From Bryobacterales bacterium (lineage in GTDB: Bacteria; Acidobacteriota; Terriglobia; Bryobacterales; Bryobacteraceae): DNA of 64,000 nucleotides. Numbering within the stretch: the stretch's first letter is position 1; each line of letters begins with the position of its first letter. The notes under the pieces were generated by a model. That model had not been told where the DNA came from, did not search any database, and saw only the letters and a list, made by a program, of their open reading frames with translations. Below are positions 22,701-32,183 of this stretch, in pieces. Position numbers and translations under genes: made by a program. The DNA is taken from positions 1 through 64,000 of the forward strand of contig JBBRBI010000026.1 in NCBI GenBank assembly GCA_038206015.1, in the 5' to 3' direction.

Positions 22701-22759
22701 ACCGCACCAGTGGCCGCCGATTTTGTGATGAAGTCTCTTCGAGAAGAAGCCTTGGGCAT
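19757..22759 (-). CDS. fdnG: Formate dehydrogenase-N/O alpha subunit, selenocysteine-containing (in-frame UGA at 22181-22183)
   Basis: The two track ORFs join in frame as ENQSRL-U-HGPTVTSLAATFGRGAMTN; Tat signal SRRDFI; CPYCAVGC; 1000 codons. Confidence 0.95.
22151..22169 (-). promoter_or_regulatory. Bacterial SECIS element of fdnG
   Basis: GGTGACCA-GTT-TGGCCGCC hairpin with a GU-containing apical loop, starting exactly 11 nt after the UGA. Confidence 0.8.
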
Positions 22760-22822
22760 AGTAGGTCTCTTCAGGTTCTATCACACTGACTTTGGCCATC
22801 GGAGGCGATAGACTCGGAATCG

Positions 22823-24592
22823 ATGCGAATCTTCATCTTTCTTTTCCTGGCGGCCTCTCTGGTAGCCCAATCGATCCCCCGTCCCGAGTACCCCCAGCCG
22901 CAGTTTGAGCGCAAAGACTGGCTCTCATTAAACGGCCAATGGGATTTTGAATTTGGCGAATCGACGCCCAAGTCTTACACGCGAAAGATCATCGTCCCCT
23001 ATTCTTTTGAAGCAAAGTTGAGCGGCATCGGCGACACAGACTTCCACCCCTACGTCTGGTACAAACGCAGCTTCGCCGTCCCTGCTGCCTGGAATGGCCG
23101 CCACTTGCTCCTCCACTTTGGCGCAGTCGATTACCAGGCCCAGGTCTGGGTGAATGGTCACTTCGTCGGCATGCATGAAGGAGGCAACACGCCCTTTCAC
23201 TTCGACGTTACGTCGCATCTCATTGCCGGTGCCAACACTGTTGTCCTCAAAGCCTGGGACCCTCCAACGGATCGCTATCTCCCGCGCGGCAAGCAGTACT
23301 GGCTGCCAAAGTCGAAGGGCATCTTCTACACGAGAACCAGCGGAATCTGGCAACCCGTCTGGATTGAGGCAACCGGCGACAACTATCTGAAGCGGGTTCG
23401 CATTCGTGCTGGCATGGATGGCGTTGCCAGTTTTGAGGCGCGCCTCGCCCGTCCCGAGCCCGGTCTCGCCTTTGAAGGCATCATTTCTTATGCAGGTAAA
23501 GAAGTGGCGCGCTTTTCGACGAAGACCACAGAACTTTCAACCGTTGAGAGCGCCATCATCGTACGCAATCCCCAGCTCTGGTCCGTCGACAACCCTGCCC
23601 TCTATGACCTTACCTACGAACTCAAGCGCGACGCCACTGTTATCGACCGCGTGAGCAGCTATACCGGCTTCCGCAGCGTCTCGATTGAATCCGGCCAGAT
23701 GCTGCTCAATCGCCGCCCGATCTTGTTTCGCTCCGTTCTCGATCAAGGCTATTGGCCCGAGAGCAACCTTACGCCTCCAACAGATGCGGCGATCCAATAC
23801 GACATTCGGATGATGAAGGAAATGGGCTTCAATGGTGCGCGCAAGCACCAGAAGCTCGAAGACCCGCGATTTCTCTACTGGGCGGACAAGATGGGTCTGA
23901 TGGTCTCAAGTGAGATGGCAAACGCATATCTCTTCGATGAGGAGTACGTCAGCCGCTTCACGCGCGAATGGAACGAAGCCATGGAGCGCGATACCAATCA
24001 TCCCTCCATCGTGATGTGGATTCCGATCAATGAAAGTTGGGGCGTCCCCGACTTAAGCGATCCTCGCCAACAGAACCATCTGAAATCCATGTACACATTG
24101 GCTAAGTCCATCGACCCCACTCGCCCGGTCATCGATAACGATGGCTGGGAACACACCGACATGACCGACCTCATGGGCCTGCACGACTATGCCCGCACTG
24201 GCCAGCAACTGGAAGAAAAGTACGCTGGTTTGAAAATGGAGCCGGGCTTGGCCATCCCCGCCAATGGCCGCATGGCAATGGTTCCTGGCTTCAAATACAA
24301 CGGCTCAGCCTTTTTCCTGAGTGAATTTGGAGGCGTAGCCTATGTCGCTCCCGGCTCAGCCGTACCACAGGAGTCGTGGGGCTATTCCGGAGTTGAGAAG
24401 ACAGAGGCCGCTGCCCTTGAACGCATCGGCGGCCTGTTTCGTGCTGCCGCCCGTTTTCCTTCCAGCATCGGTTACTGCTACACGCAACTCACCGATGTCG
24501 AGCAGGAGATCAACGGCCTGATGACCTATGACCGCAAATTGAAATTCCCTGTCGAGAAAATTAGAGAAATGAATTCGTCGCCAAGGCGTTGA
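22823..24592 (+). CDS. Glycoside hydrolase family 2, exported
   Basis: PRPEYPQPQ, LHFGAVDY, LDQGYWP, RKHQK, INESWG (acid/base), SEFGG (nucleophile), YTQLTDVEQE. Confidence 0.92.
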   Translation: MRIFIFLFLAASLVAQSIPRPEYPQPQFERKDWLSLNGQWDFEFGESTPKSYTRKIIVPYSFEAKLSGIGDTDFHPYVWYKRSFAVPAAWNGRHLLLHFGAVDYQAQVWVNGHFVGMHEGGNTPFHFDVTSHLIAGANTVVLKAWDPPTDRYLPRGKQYWLPKSKGIFYTRTSGIWQPVWIEATGDNYLKRVRIRAGMDGVASFEARLARPEPGLAFEGIISYAGKEVARFSTKTTELSTVESAIIVRNPQLWSVDNPALYDLTYELKRDATVIDRVSSYTGFRSVSIESGQMLLNRRPILFRSVLDQGYWPESNLTPPTDAAIQYDIRMMKEMGFNGARKHQKLEDPRFLYWADKMGLMVSSEMANAYLFDEEYVSRFTREWNEAMERDTNHPSIVMWIPINESWGVPDLSDPRQQNHLKSMYTLAKSIDPTRPVIDNDGWEHTDMTDLMGLHDYARTGQQLEEKYAGLKMEPGLAIPANGRMAMVPGFKYNGSAFFLSEFGGVAYVAPGSAVPQESWGYSGVEKTEAAALERIGGLFRAAARFPSSIGYCYTQLTDVEQEINGLMTYDRKLKFPVEKIREMNSSPRR

Positions 24593-24601
24593 GAGTGCTT
24601 C

Positions 24602-26458
24602 CTAGCTTGTAATTTGAAGTAGGTAGTCGATCAATCCGCGAACATAGGCACGAGTCCGCTCTGGAGCTTTTGGTGCTTCTTTGGGCAACGCTGCGATGCG
24701 CTCACGATAGGGCTTCAACTTGACGCCGCCCACGTCCGTTAGCGCGTTCATCGCGGCCATCGCTGCATAAATTCCCTGTTTGTTAACGTCGGAATCGCTC
24801 AGCAAAACCTCGATGGCGGGCGCAAAATCATTTGCATCGCCATAGCGCGCCAATGCCTCCGCCGCGACAATGCGCACGTTGGGTGCCGTGTCAGCCAGGC
24901 AGGTCCTGAGGGCGGGCATGGTCGGCTCGACGCCCGCTCGCCCTTGTCGCAGTAGGCCGTTAACACACCAGTAGCGCACTGCCGAATCGGGGTCGCCAAG
25001 ATAGGTCCGCAACATTGCGGGCGGGGCCGACGGTGTCAGCGTCGCCAACTCCGCTGCATTGATCGTCTTGGTCATGTCAAAGCGCTCCGAGTCGCGCGCC
25101 ATCGTGTAGGGTGCGTCACCCTTTGAGCGGGCATGCACCTCATGCTCGGGCAGGAAGCCAATATCTCTGATCCTGCGTGCCAGTGATCCCTGCGCATTTC
25201 TCAGTTGATTGAGCACTGCCTTGTGTGCTGGTGTCGGGCGAAGCGCGAGGTTGTTCACCTCATCCTTGTCCGCTTCGAGATCATAGAGTTCTTCTGTTGG
25301 CTTTGTCTGCCAAAAATGGCTCTGCGCTTCCGTCGCCTTGCCTGCGTCAAAGACTTCTTTCCATTTCCGCACCGTGGGCATCTCGAACATGTAAGAAATG
25401 TACTGACCGTAGATGCGGTGAGGCATGAAGTTGCGGATGTATATGTAGCGCTCGTTTCGGACGCTGCGCACAAGGTCAATGCGCTCATCCATACGTCCCC
25501 GAAACCCATAGATGTAATCCTGCGGCGGCGCGGCCTCGGTGCCCAGAAACGCGTGGCCTTGGTGATACTCAGTCTTCTTCATGCCCAATAGGCTCAGTAC
25601 CGTCGGTGCCAGGTCGACAAAGCTCACCAGCCGCTCGCTCCAGCCGCCTTCCTTGTAGTCCTTCGGCGCCAGGTGTCGAAACTTCGCCGGAATGTGAACC
25701 ATCATCGGCACCTGCAATCCAGAGTTGTAAGGCCAGCGCTTGGAGCGCGGCATTCCCGCCCCATGATCAGAGTAGAAAAAAACGATTGTCGAATCCTTTA
25801 GGCCGTCCTTCTCCAACTCCGCCAGCGTCTTGGCCACCATGCCATCCATCGTCGTGATGTTGTCGTAGTATTGGGCCCAGTCGTGTCGCACCTCGGGCAG
25901 GTCTGGTTGATAGGCGGGCACCCGGACTTCACTCGGATCATGTTTCAACGTATGCGGCGTCGAGCGAATCTGGCTTTCGTGCGTAATCAAGAAGTTGAAG
26001 ACACTGAAGAACGGCTGATCCGGATTCCGGTTTCGCCAATGCGCTTGATTCGAGCTGTCATCCCAAACCTTCCCGGTCGGGGCAAGATTGTAGTCTTCCT
26101 TTGAATTGTTCGATGTGTAATAACCCGCCTCCCTGAGGATCTGCGGAAACATCTTCTGCCCCGACGCGAGCTTCGTCATACTGCGCATGTGCTCGGCTCC
26201 GGTGGAGGGAGGAAACATACCGCTGATGATCGTCGTGCGGGCGGGAGCGCAAACAGGTGCGCAGGACCAGGCATTTCGATAGCGGACACAGGACCCCGAT
26301 AGCTTGTCGATCGCTGGCGTACTCGCAAACCGGTCCCCATAGCAACCGAGATTGGGGCTGATATCCTCGCAGGTTACCCAAAGAATATTGGGCTTGGGAG
26401 ATGCCTGAGCCTGAATCAAACCCCCAGCGGAGGCAGCAAGAAACAAACGACGGTCCAT
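24602..26458 (-). CDS. Formylglycine-dependent sulfatase with C-terminal HEAT-like repeats, Tat signal
   Basis: DRRLFL; PNILW; CAPAR (CxPxR); SDHG; EELYDL. Confidence 0.92.
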   Translation of the reverse strand: MDRRLFLAASAGGLIQAQASPKPNILWVTCEDISPNLGCYGDRFASTPAIDKLSGSCVRYRNAWSCAPVCAPARTTIISGMFPPSTGAEHMRSMTKLASGQKMFPQILREAGYYTSNNSKEDYNLAPTGKVWDDSSNQAHWRNRNPDQPFFSVFNFLITHESQIRSTPHTLKHDPSEVRVPAYQPDLPEVRHDWAQYYDNITTMDGMVAKTLAELEKDGLKDSTIVFFYSDHGAGMPRSKRWPYNSGLQVPMMVHIPAKFRHLAPKDYKEGGWSERLVSFVDLAPTVLSLLGMKKTEYHQGHAFLGTEAAPPQDYIYGFRGRMDERIDLVRSVRNERYIYIRNFMPHRIYGQYISYMFEMPTVRKWKEVFDAGKATEAQSHFWQTKPTEELYDLEADKDEVNNLALRPTPAHKAVLNQLRNAQGSLARRIRDIGFLPEHEVHARSKGDAPYTMARDSERFDMTKTINAAELATLTPSAPPAMLRTYLGDPDSAVRYWCVNGLLRQGRAGVEPTMPALRTCLADTAPNVRIVAAEALARYGDANDFAPAIEVLLSDSDVNKQGIYAAMAAMNALTDVGGVKLKPYRERIAALPKEAPKAPERTRAYVRGLIDYLLQITS

Positions 26459-26472
26459 GACCGCCTAATGTA

Positions 26473-27993
26473 TCAGGCGCGTTCGATCTTGTTCGCTCCG
26501 ACGCCAACCCGAAACGTCGCGCGCGTCTCAATCTGGGCCCCAGGCTTAGTGACAAACGGTACGACGCGATATTCGCTCCGCCATTCCTTAGCTGTTACGG
26601 TGCAACTTACATAACCGCGCTTGGCTAGAAAATAGTGCAGATGTGGATTCTTCTTCTTGAACGCCGCCTCGGTCGCCGGGTTCTCCACTCCATCTCCGCC
26701 AGAAGTGATCGAAGTCCCCACAAATTCGACGCCTACATTCCGACTCTCGGGCTTGTTGAAGTCGGCCCTGATATCACTCACCCAGCTGGAATGAATATCG
26801 CCTGTGATCACCACCGGGTTGTTCGGCTTTGCCTCATCAAAGAACTGGCACAAGCGCTGTCGGGGAACTTCATACCCGCTCCATTGGTCCATCGAGTACT
26901 CCCCGCTGGCACCCTCCCCCGGCTTGACGTTCATTTTGGCAAACATCACCTGGTTAGCCAATACGTTCCAGGTTTGCCCGGCAGACTTCATGCTGCTCAT
27001 GAGCCAACTCTCCTGGGCCTCGCCCAGCATCGTCTGGTCGGGGCTCAACGCTGCGGGGCACTGCGGCTTGCGGCCATCGCCACAGGGTTGATCGCTGCGA
27101 TACTGCCTCGTGTCAAGTACATGAAATCGCGCCAGCTGTCCAAAGTCCAAGCTCCGATAAAGATCAAGGCTGCTCCCTCTGGGCAATGAAGTTTTCCGCA
27201 GCGGCATGTTTTCGTAATAGGCCTGATAAGCATTCGATCGCCGCTCCATGAACTCCGCTCGCGGCGCGCCATTTTCTTCCTTGTCATTGGCATAATTGTT
27301 GTCCACTTCGTGGTCGTCCCAGGTTACGATCCAGGGAAAATTCTGATGCGCCTTGCGCAAATGTTCGTCGCTCCGATAGAGCGCGTAGCGATTGCGGTAA
27401 TCGTTTAGCGATTTGATCTCCGCCGAGTTATGGCTGCGCGGTCGGTCTTTCGCAACGCCCCCTTCGTAGATGTAATCTCCCAGGTGCACAATCAAATGCA
27501 GGTCTTCCTTGGCCATGTGCTCGTATGCCGTGTAGTAACCCGTTTCAAAGTGCTGGCAACTTGCAAACGCGAAACGCAAATCATCGTGACTGCCGACGGC
27601 GGGCGCTGTCCGCGTGCGGCCTACTGGGCTCTCAACTCCACCACAACGAAACTGATACCAATACCAGCGTGCTGGCTTGAGTCCGCGCACGTCGGCGTGC
27701 ACAGCATGGGCAAACTGCGGAGTCGCAACTGCCTTGCCGCGCTTTACGATTTTCTTTAGACCCTCATCCTCAGCCACCACCCAGTGGACCTCGTGGCTGT
27801 CCTGGCCCATGCCGCCACCCGCCAGTGGCTCCATTGCCAGACGCGTCCACAGCACCATGCCATCGGGCAACGGGTCTCCAGAACAAATGCCCAACGTAAA
27901 CGGGTCCTTCGAAAATTTCGGTGCCCCGCGCAACGGATTCAAGCTCGCTGCGGCAAGACTGCAAAGAAACTGTCGACGAATCATATCCGCCAT
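26473..27993 (-). CDS. phoD: Alkaline phosphatase D, Tat-exported
   Basis: IRRQFL; SGDP, FASC, HLGDYIYE, WDDHEVDNN, LDTRQYR, TGDIH. Confidence 0.95.
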   Translation of the reverse strand: MADMIRRQFLCSLAAASLNPLRGAPKFSKDPFTLGICSGDPLPDGMVLWTRLAMEPLAGGGMGQDSHEVHWVVAEDEGLKKIVKRGKAVATPQFAHAVHADVRGLKPARWYWYQFRCGGVESPVGRTRTAPAVGSHDDLRFAFASCQHFETGYYTAYEHMAKEDLHLIVHLGDYIYEGGVAKDRPRSHNSAEIKSLNDYRNRYALYRSDEHLRKAHQNFPWIVTWDDHEVDNNYANDKEENGAPRAEFMERRSNAYQAYYENMPLRKTSLPRGSSLDLYRSLDFGQLARFHVLDTRQYRSDQPCGDGRKPQCPAALSPDQTMLGEAQESWLMSSMKSAGQTWNVLANQVMFAKMNVKPGEGASGEYSMDQWSGYEVPRQRLCQFFDEAKPNNPVVITGDIHSSWVSDIRADFNKPESRNVGVEFVGTSITSGGDGVENPATEAAFKKKNPHLHYFLAKRGYVSCTVTAKEWRSEYRVVPFVTKPGAQIETRATFRVGVGANKIERA

Positions 27994-29219
27994 TATGCGC
28001 CAGCGGTGCGTGACAGTGGGCTATTAAGCTCGGGATTGTTCGAAGGCGATTTGGCGACAATCATCACACCGGCCAGCACCAGGATCGCGCCCATCCAGTA
28101 AGGAGCGCCACTGCCCCATGTGTCAAACACAAAGCCCGCCAGCAGTGGCCCGACGATTCGAGTCGAGCTGATGATCCCCTGTGTTGAACCCAGCACCGTG
28201 CCCTGCTCACGCTCCCCCACTCGGCGGGAAACCAATGCCGTAAGCATCGGGCCAGCGACGCCGTTGCCCAATGACATCACTGCAATCGACGGAAACAATT
28301 GCCATTCGGCTTGCGAAAATGAAATCCCCAGAAAACCGAGTGCCGTTCCGCACAAGCCCCAAACGCATAATTTCACCGGGTTCCAACTCTTCGGCAGTCT
28401 CCGCACCACTACGCCCTGCATCAGGATGCTCAATGCTCCAATGTAGACAAAGATCCAGGCATTCTGCTGCGGACCCATGCCAAAGCGCTTCATCGTAAAA
28501 AAAGCAAAATTCGATTGCAGTGCGCTAAACGCCACATTCACCGTGAAGATAGCAATCAGAATCGCCCGAATCGAATCCCTCGACAGTGCGGCTGCAATTT
28601 GCTTGAACGGGTTGGCATCGGCCAACTTCATCCCACCGCTAACGCGCTTTTCGATCGGCAAACTCTCCGGCAGCATGAAGTAGCCAAAAACCGCTGCCAG
28701 AAAGCAAAGCGTTCCAGCGGCATAGGCAGGCATCGCCAGCCCATATGTGCTGAGAAATCCACCAAAGGCCGGCCCGATGATGAATCCCAACCCAAACACC
28801 GCACCGATCAACCCGAAACGCTTCATTCGGTCTTCCGGCGGTGTCACGTCAGCGATGTAAGCTTGCGCCGTCGAGACGCTTCCACCCGTAATTCCCTCAA
28901 GGACGCGAGCCAGCATCAACAGCCAAAGTGTCCCAGCCCATCCAAACAGAAAATACGCTCCGGCAGAACCGAGGATGTTGAACAGGATCACCGGTCGACG
29001 CCCGACGCGATCGCTTAACGCACCCAGCAACGGGCTTGAGATAAACTGTGCCACAGAAAAAACGGCACTCAATAACCCCACCGTGAGCGCATCTGCACTG
29101 AACTGCTGCGCATAGTAAGGCAACACCGGAATCAGCACGCCCAAGCCAAGCACGTCGAGAAAAATCGTCGCATACACCAGCGCCAGCGCGCGATTGTTTG
29201 CTTTTGTTACTTCGGGCAT
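27993..29219 (-). CDS. MFS transporter, TCR/Tet (DHA1) family
   Basis: Motif A GALSDRVGRRP, AYIADVT, GFIIGPAFGG; about 12 TM helices. Confidence 0.9.
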   Translation of the reverse strand: MPEVTKANNRALALVYATIFLDVLGLGVLIPVLPYYAQQFSADALTVGLLSAVFSVAQFISSPLLGALSDRVGRRPVILFNILGSAGAYFLFGWAGTLWLLMLARVLEGITGGSVSTAQAYIADVTPPEDRMKRFGLIGAVFGLGFIIGPAFGGFLSTYGLAMPAYAAGTLCFLAAVFGYFMLPESLPIEKRVSGGMKLADANPFKQIAAALSRDSIRAILIAIFTVNVAFSALQSNFAFFTMKRFGMGPQQNAWIFVYIGALSILMQGVVVRRLPKSWNPVKLCVWGLCGTALGFLGISFSQAEWQLFPSIAVMSLGNGVAGPMLTALVSRRVGEREQGTVLGSTQGIISSTRIVGPLLAGFVFDTWGSGAPYWMGAILVLAGVMIVAKSPSNNPELNSPLSRTAGA

Positions 29220-29224
29220 TCTTA

Positions 29225-31168
29225 CTAGAATGCCAGTTCTTTCCTGAGAATCCAAAGAATCTCCGCCACGCTCCAGGCTTGGGCGGGCGTGCCGCCAGCC
29301 CGCTGCGGCGCACTTCCATCGAAAACCTCAGGCAATTGGCCCAGGCATCCCTTCTCCAGATGCCCCAGTAAATCGTTGAGCGAGGTCCTAAGCCGCGCCT
29401 TCTCGCCCACCGCTTCCTGACGAAAGCGAAGACAGGCACGCACATATGGCCCCAACAGCCAAGGCCAAACTGTTCCTTGATGGTAGGCTCCATCGCGCGT
29501 CTCCGGCCCGCCTTCAAATCGCCCCTGATACCCCGGTTCACCCGCTGCCAGCGTGCGCAACCCCATCGGTGTAAGCAACTGATCTTCCACCACCCGAAGA
29601 ATCGATTCGCCCTTGCTGCGAATCGCTAGCGGGAAGGGAAGCGATAGCGCGAACAACTGATTGGGGCGCACTTGGCCGTCCTGAAAACCCGGTCGAATGA
29701 CGTCGTAAAAGCAACCCCGGCCTTCGTTCCAGAATCCACGCGTAAAGCCGTTGATCGCCAGGCTGGCCATCTCTCCAAAGCGCGACTCAGATCCAGCTTC
29801 ACCTCGCTCCCTGGCCCAATCCCTCATCAGCCGAAGTGCGTTGTACCAAAGGGCATTGATCTCAACTGCCTTGCCGTAGCGCGGTGTCACGGCCACGCCA
29901 TTCCAGCGGGCATCCATCCAGGTCAGTTGTGTCTCCGGGGTTCCAGCCGTCAACAATCCGTCGTCTGGGTCGCAGTGGATCTCGTTGATCGTGCCGCGCG
30001 CCATCGTCAACAACATGTCGCGCATGGGCGCATAAAACCGGTCCTGAAAGTGTTCCCGTGACCCACCACAATTCAGCCATTCCGACACCGCGATATACAG
30101 CCACAGCGTTGCGTCTACGGAGTTGTATTCGGGCGTAGCTCCATCGTCGGTGATGCGATTGGGAATCAGGCCATCCTGCCGCAGTGCGATAAAACTCTCA
30201 ATCGTCTCGGCAGCTTCGGCCACCTTTCCACGAGCCAGCAGCAGCCCCGGCAGCGCAATGAAGGTATCTCGCCCCCAATCGGTAAACCAGGGATATCCAG
30301 CAATAATTGTGCGCCGGGTTCCGTGCAATGCCACATAGTGCTCCGCCGCATTGCTGAGTTGTTCGTCAACCCGAGCCGGTTTTGGGAAGCGATTTTCCTT
30401 GGCTTCCACCCAGCGCAATACCTGCATCGGGTCCAGGCAGCCCACGTCTTCCAACCCACACACAAAGTACGCCCAAGTGTCCGCACGCAGGCTAAACCGC
30501 AACACCCCCGGCGTCCAGAGATCTTCCTGATGGTCCAGTCCCCGGGCCTGATCCATGCTGTATTCGAAGCGATAATACCAATCGGGTTTCTCGATGAACT
30601 CCCGCGCATCGCTGCGCAGGTAGAGTGCCGCTTGCGCGCCATGCAGCGTCACCAGATCCCAGTTGTTCTCAATGGACCAGGGCATTGCAGCACTTGCTTG
30701 CACAAGCCCGTGATGCTGCCTTCCTGCGATAAATGGCCTGACCTCCAACTCCGCATCCTCCGAGCAGCAATAACGCACCAGGACTGCCGGGCTGCCTTCG
30801 ATCAACAGCACTTCTTTTTCGAAGCTGGCCTCGCCCAATCGATATAGCCAACTCGGCTGCGGCCCCAGTCGAAACTCCCCCATCAGCTCAAACCCGCGAG
30901 GACTCACCAACCCCGGATATTGTTGCGCCGACAAAAGCGAACGCTCCCCGGCGATTGTCAGTGTCTCTTCCAGGCAACTCAGCCAAACATTCGTGGCCTT
31001 GCCCGGTTGTGCTGGTGCGTTGAGCAAGCCATGGTAGCGGCGAGTTCGAACACCCGCAACAGTCCCCATCGCGTACGCACCTGTGGAGTTGGTGTCCAGC
31101 CACTCCAGCTGGCTGGACTTCTCGAAGTCCTGGCAGGCGAGAGCGTCGACAAAGTAATCGGCGCGCAT
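29225..31168 (-). CDS. Glycogen debranching enzyme (amylo-alpha-1,6-glucosidase)
   Basis: EWL..G.YA, TRRYHGLL, AGYPWFTDWGRDT, QLTWMDA, YHQGTVWPW, AQAWSVAE. Confidence 0.92.
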   Translation of the reverse strand: MRADYFVDALACQDFEKSSQLEWLDTNSTGAYAMGTVAGVRTRRYHGLLNAPAQPGKATNVWLSCLEETLTIAGERSLLSAQQYPGLVSPRGFELMGEFRLGPQPSWLYRLGEASFEKEVLLIEGSPAVLVRYCCSEDAELEVRPFIAGRQHHGLVQASAAMPWSIENNWDLVTLHGAQAALYLRSDAREFIEKPDWYYRFEYSMDQARGLDHQEDLWTPGVLRFSLRADTWAYFVCGLEDVGCLDPMQVLRWVEAKENRFPKPARVDEQLSNAAEHYVALHGTRRTIIAGYPWFTDWGRDTFIALPGLLLARGKVAEAAETIESFIALRQDGLIPNRITDDGATPEYNSVDATLWLYIAVSEWLNCGGSREHFQDRFYAPMRDMLLTMARGTINEIHCDPDDGLLTAGTPETQLTWMDARWNGVAVTPRYGKAVEINALWYNALRLMRDWARERGEAGSESRFGEMASLAINGFTRGFWNEGRGCFYDVIRPGFQDGQVRPNQLFALSLPFPLAIRSKGESILRVVEDQLLTPMGLRTLAAGEPGYQGRFEGGPETRDGAYHQGTVWPWLLGPYVRACLRFRQEAVGEKARLRTSLNDLLGHLEKGCLGQLPEVFDGSAPQRAGGTPAQAWSVAEILWILRKELAF

Positions 31169-31216
31169 ATCTGCAATCCTACATGCCGTTGGGCTCTCGC
31201 GGAACTGGCTTCAGTA

Positions 31217-31717
31217 CTAGTGCCCGCCGCCAGAGCTCTGCTCTTCGACAACCAATGGTTTGAAATTCGATGGCAACTGCGTCAGCATCTGCTCTTTGCG
31301 GTAGACAAGCGTGGACGTGTTGTAGCTTGCAATTTCAAAGTCGTGTCCATGCGTGATTGCATCCGTCGGGCAAGCTTCCACACAATAACCGCAAAAGATG
31401 CAACGTGAATAATCGATGTTGTAAACACTGGCGTAGCGTTCGCCGCCGCTGATCCGACCTTCGGCGGCATTTTCGGCACCTTCAATATAAATGCATTTCG
31501 CCGGGCAAGCCGCCGCGCATAGGAAACAGGCGACACACTTCTCCAGCCCGTTCTCATCACGCTGCAGCACATGAACGCCCCGATAGCGCTCCTGGAACAC
31601 TGCCGGAGCCTCCGGGTAGTTCTCTGTCACAGTCGGCTGCAACATTTCCTTGAACGTGACGCCCATACCCTTTGCGATTGCCGCTGCGTTACTGAATATT
31701 TCGTTAATCAATGCCAT
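31217..31717 (-). CDS. nuoI: NADH-quinone oxidoreductase subunit I (stand-alone)
   Basis: TENYPE, RYRGVH, CVACFLCAAACP, CIFCGYCVEACP. Confidence 0.93.
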   Translation of the reverse strand: MALINEIFSNAAAIAKGMGVTFKEMLQPTVTENYPEAPAVFQERYRGVHVLQRDENGLEKCVACFLCAAACPAKCIYIEGAENAAEGRISGGERYASVYNIDYSRCIFCGYCVEACPTDAITHGHDFEIASYNTSTLVYRKEQMLTQLPSNFKPLVVEEQSSGGGH

Positions 31718-31775
31718 CTTCGCGCTTCGTTGTCCTGTCTCTTTAGTCTCTCAGATTTGGTTCTGCCGCCAGGAT

Positions 31776-32183
31776 CTACTTACCTTCTTTGAGCTTGCGC
31801 TGGTCTTGGACAAAGTTCAAAATGTCGAATTTCTTGAGTTCACGTGCCGGGAAAAAGCTGTTCACTGAGTCCTGCTCATTGTTGAACACTTGAAATACCG
31901 TCGATAGCTTTGTCAGCACCATTAATTCCATGTCGCGCTCAGACGGATTCAGGATTCTCATCCCGCCTCCCCACCTCTCAAGCGTCGTGAAGCAGTTCAC
32001 CAAAGACCCCAGTCCGCTCGAGTCGATGTAGTCCACCTCCGCTAGGTTCATCACCACCCGCGGCTTCGTCTCCTCCCCTACCAGTGCGGTCTCCCGCAAC
32101 GATTGGCATGCCTCTCCCGCCACAAGCGATCCCTTGAGGTCAAGAATTCGAATGCCTTCCAGCTGTCTCTCTTTGATTTCCAT
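31776..32183 (-). CDS. STAS-domain anti-anti-sigma factor
   Basis: VDYIDSSGLGSL with the phosphorylatable Ser. Confidence 0.88.
   Translation of the reverse strand: MEIKERQLEGIRILDLKGSLVAGEACQSLRETALVGEETKPRVVMNLAEVDYIDSSGLGSLVNCFTTLERWGGGMRILNPSERDMELMVLTKLSTVFQVFNNEQDSVNSFFPARELKKFDILNFVQDQRKLKEGK

Noticed and set aside
22181-22759. Separate 192-aa protein or truncated fdnG pseudogene
   Set aside because: The UGA is at the selenocysteine position with a SECIS, and the frame continues
27993-29219. Acquired tetracycline resistance gene
   Set aside because: Generic DHA1 MFS embedded in a chromosomal gene run, with no tetR or mobile context
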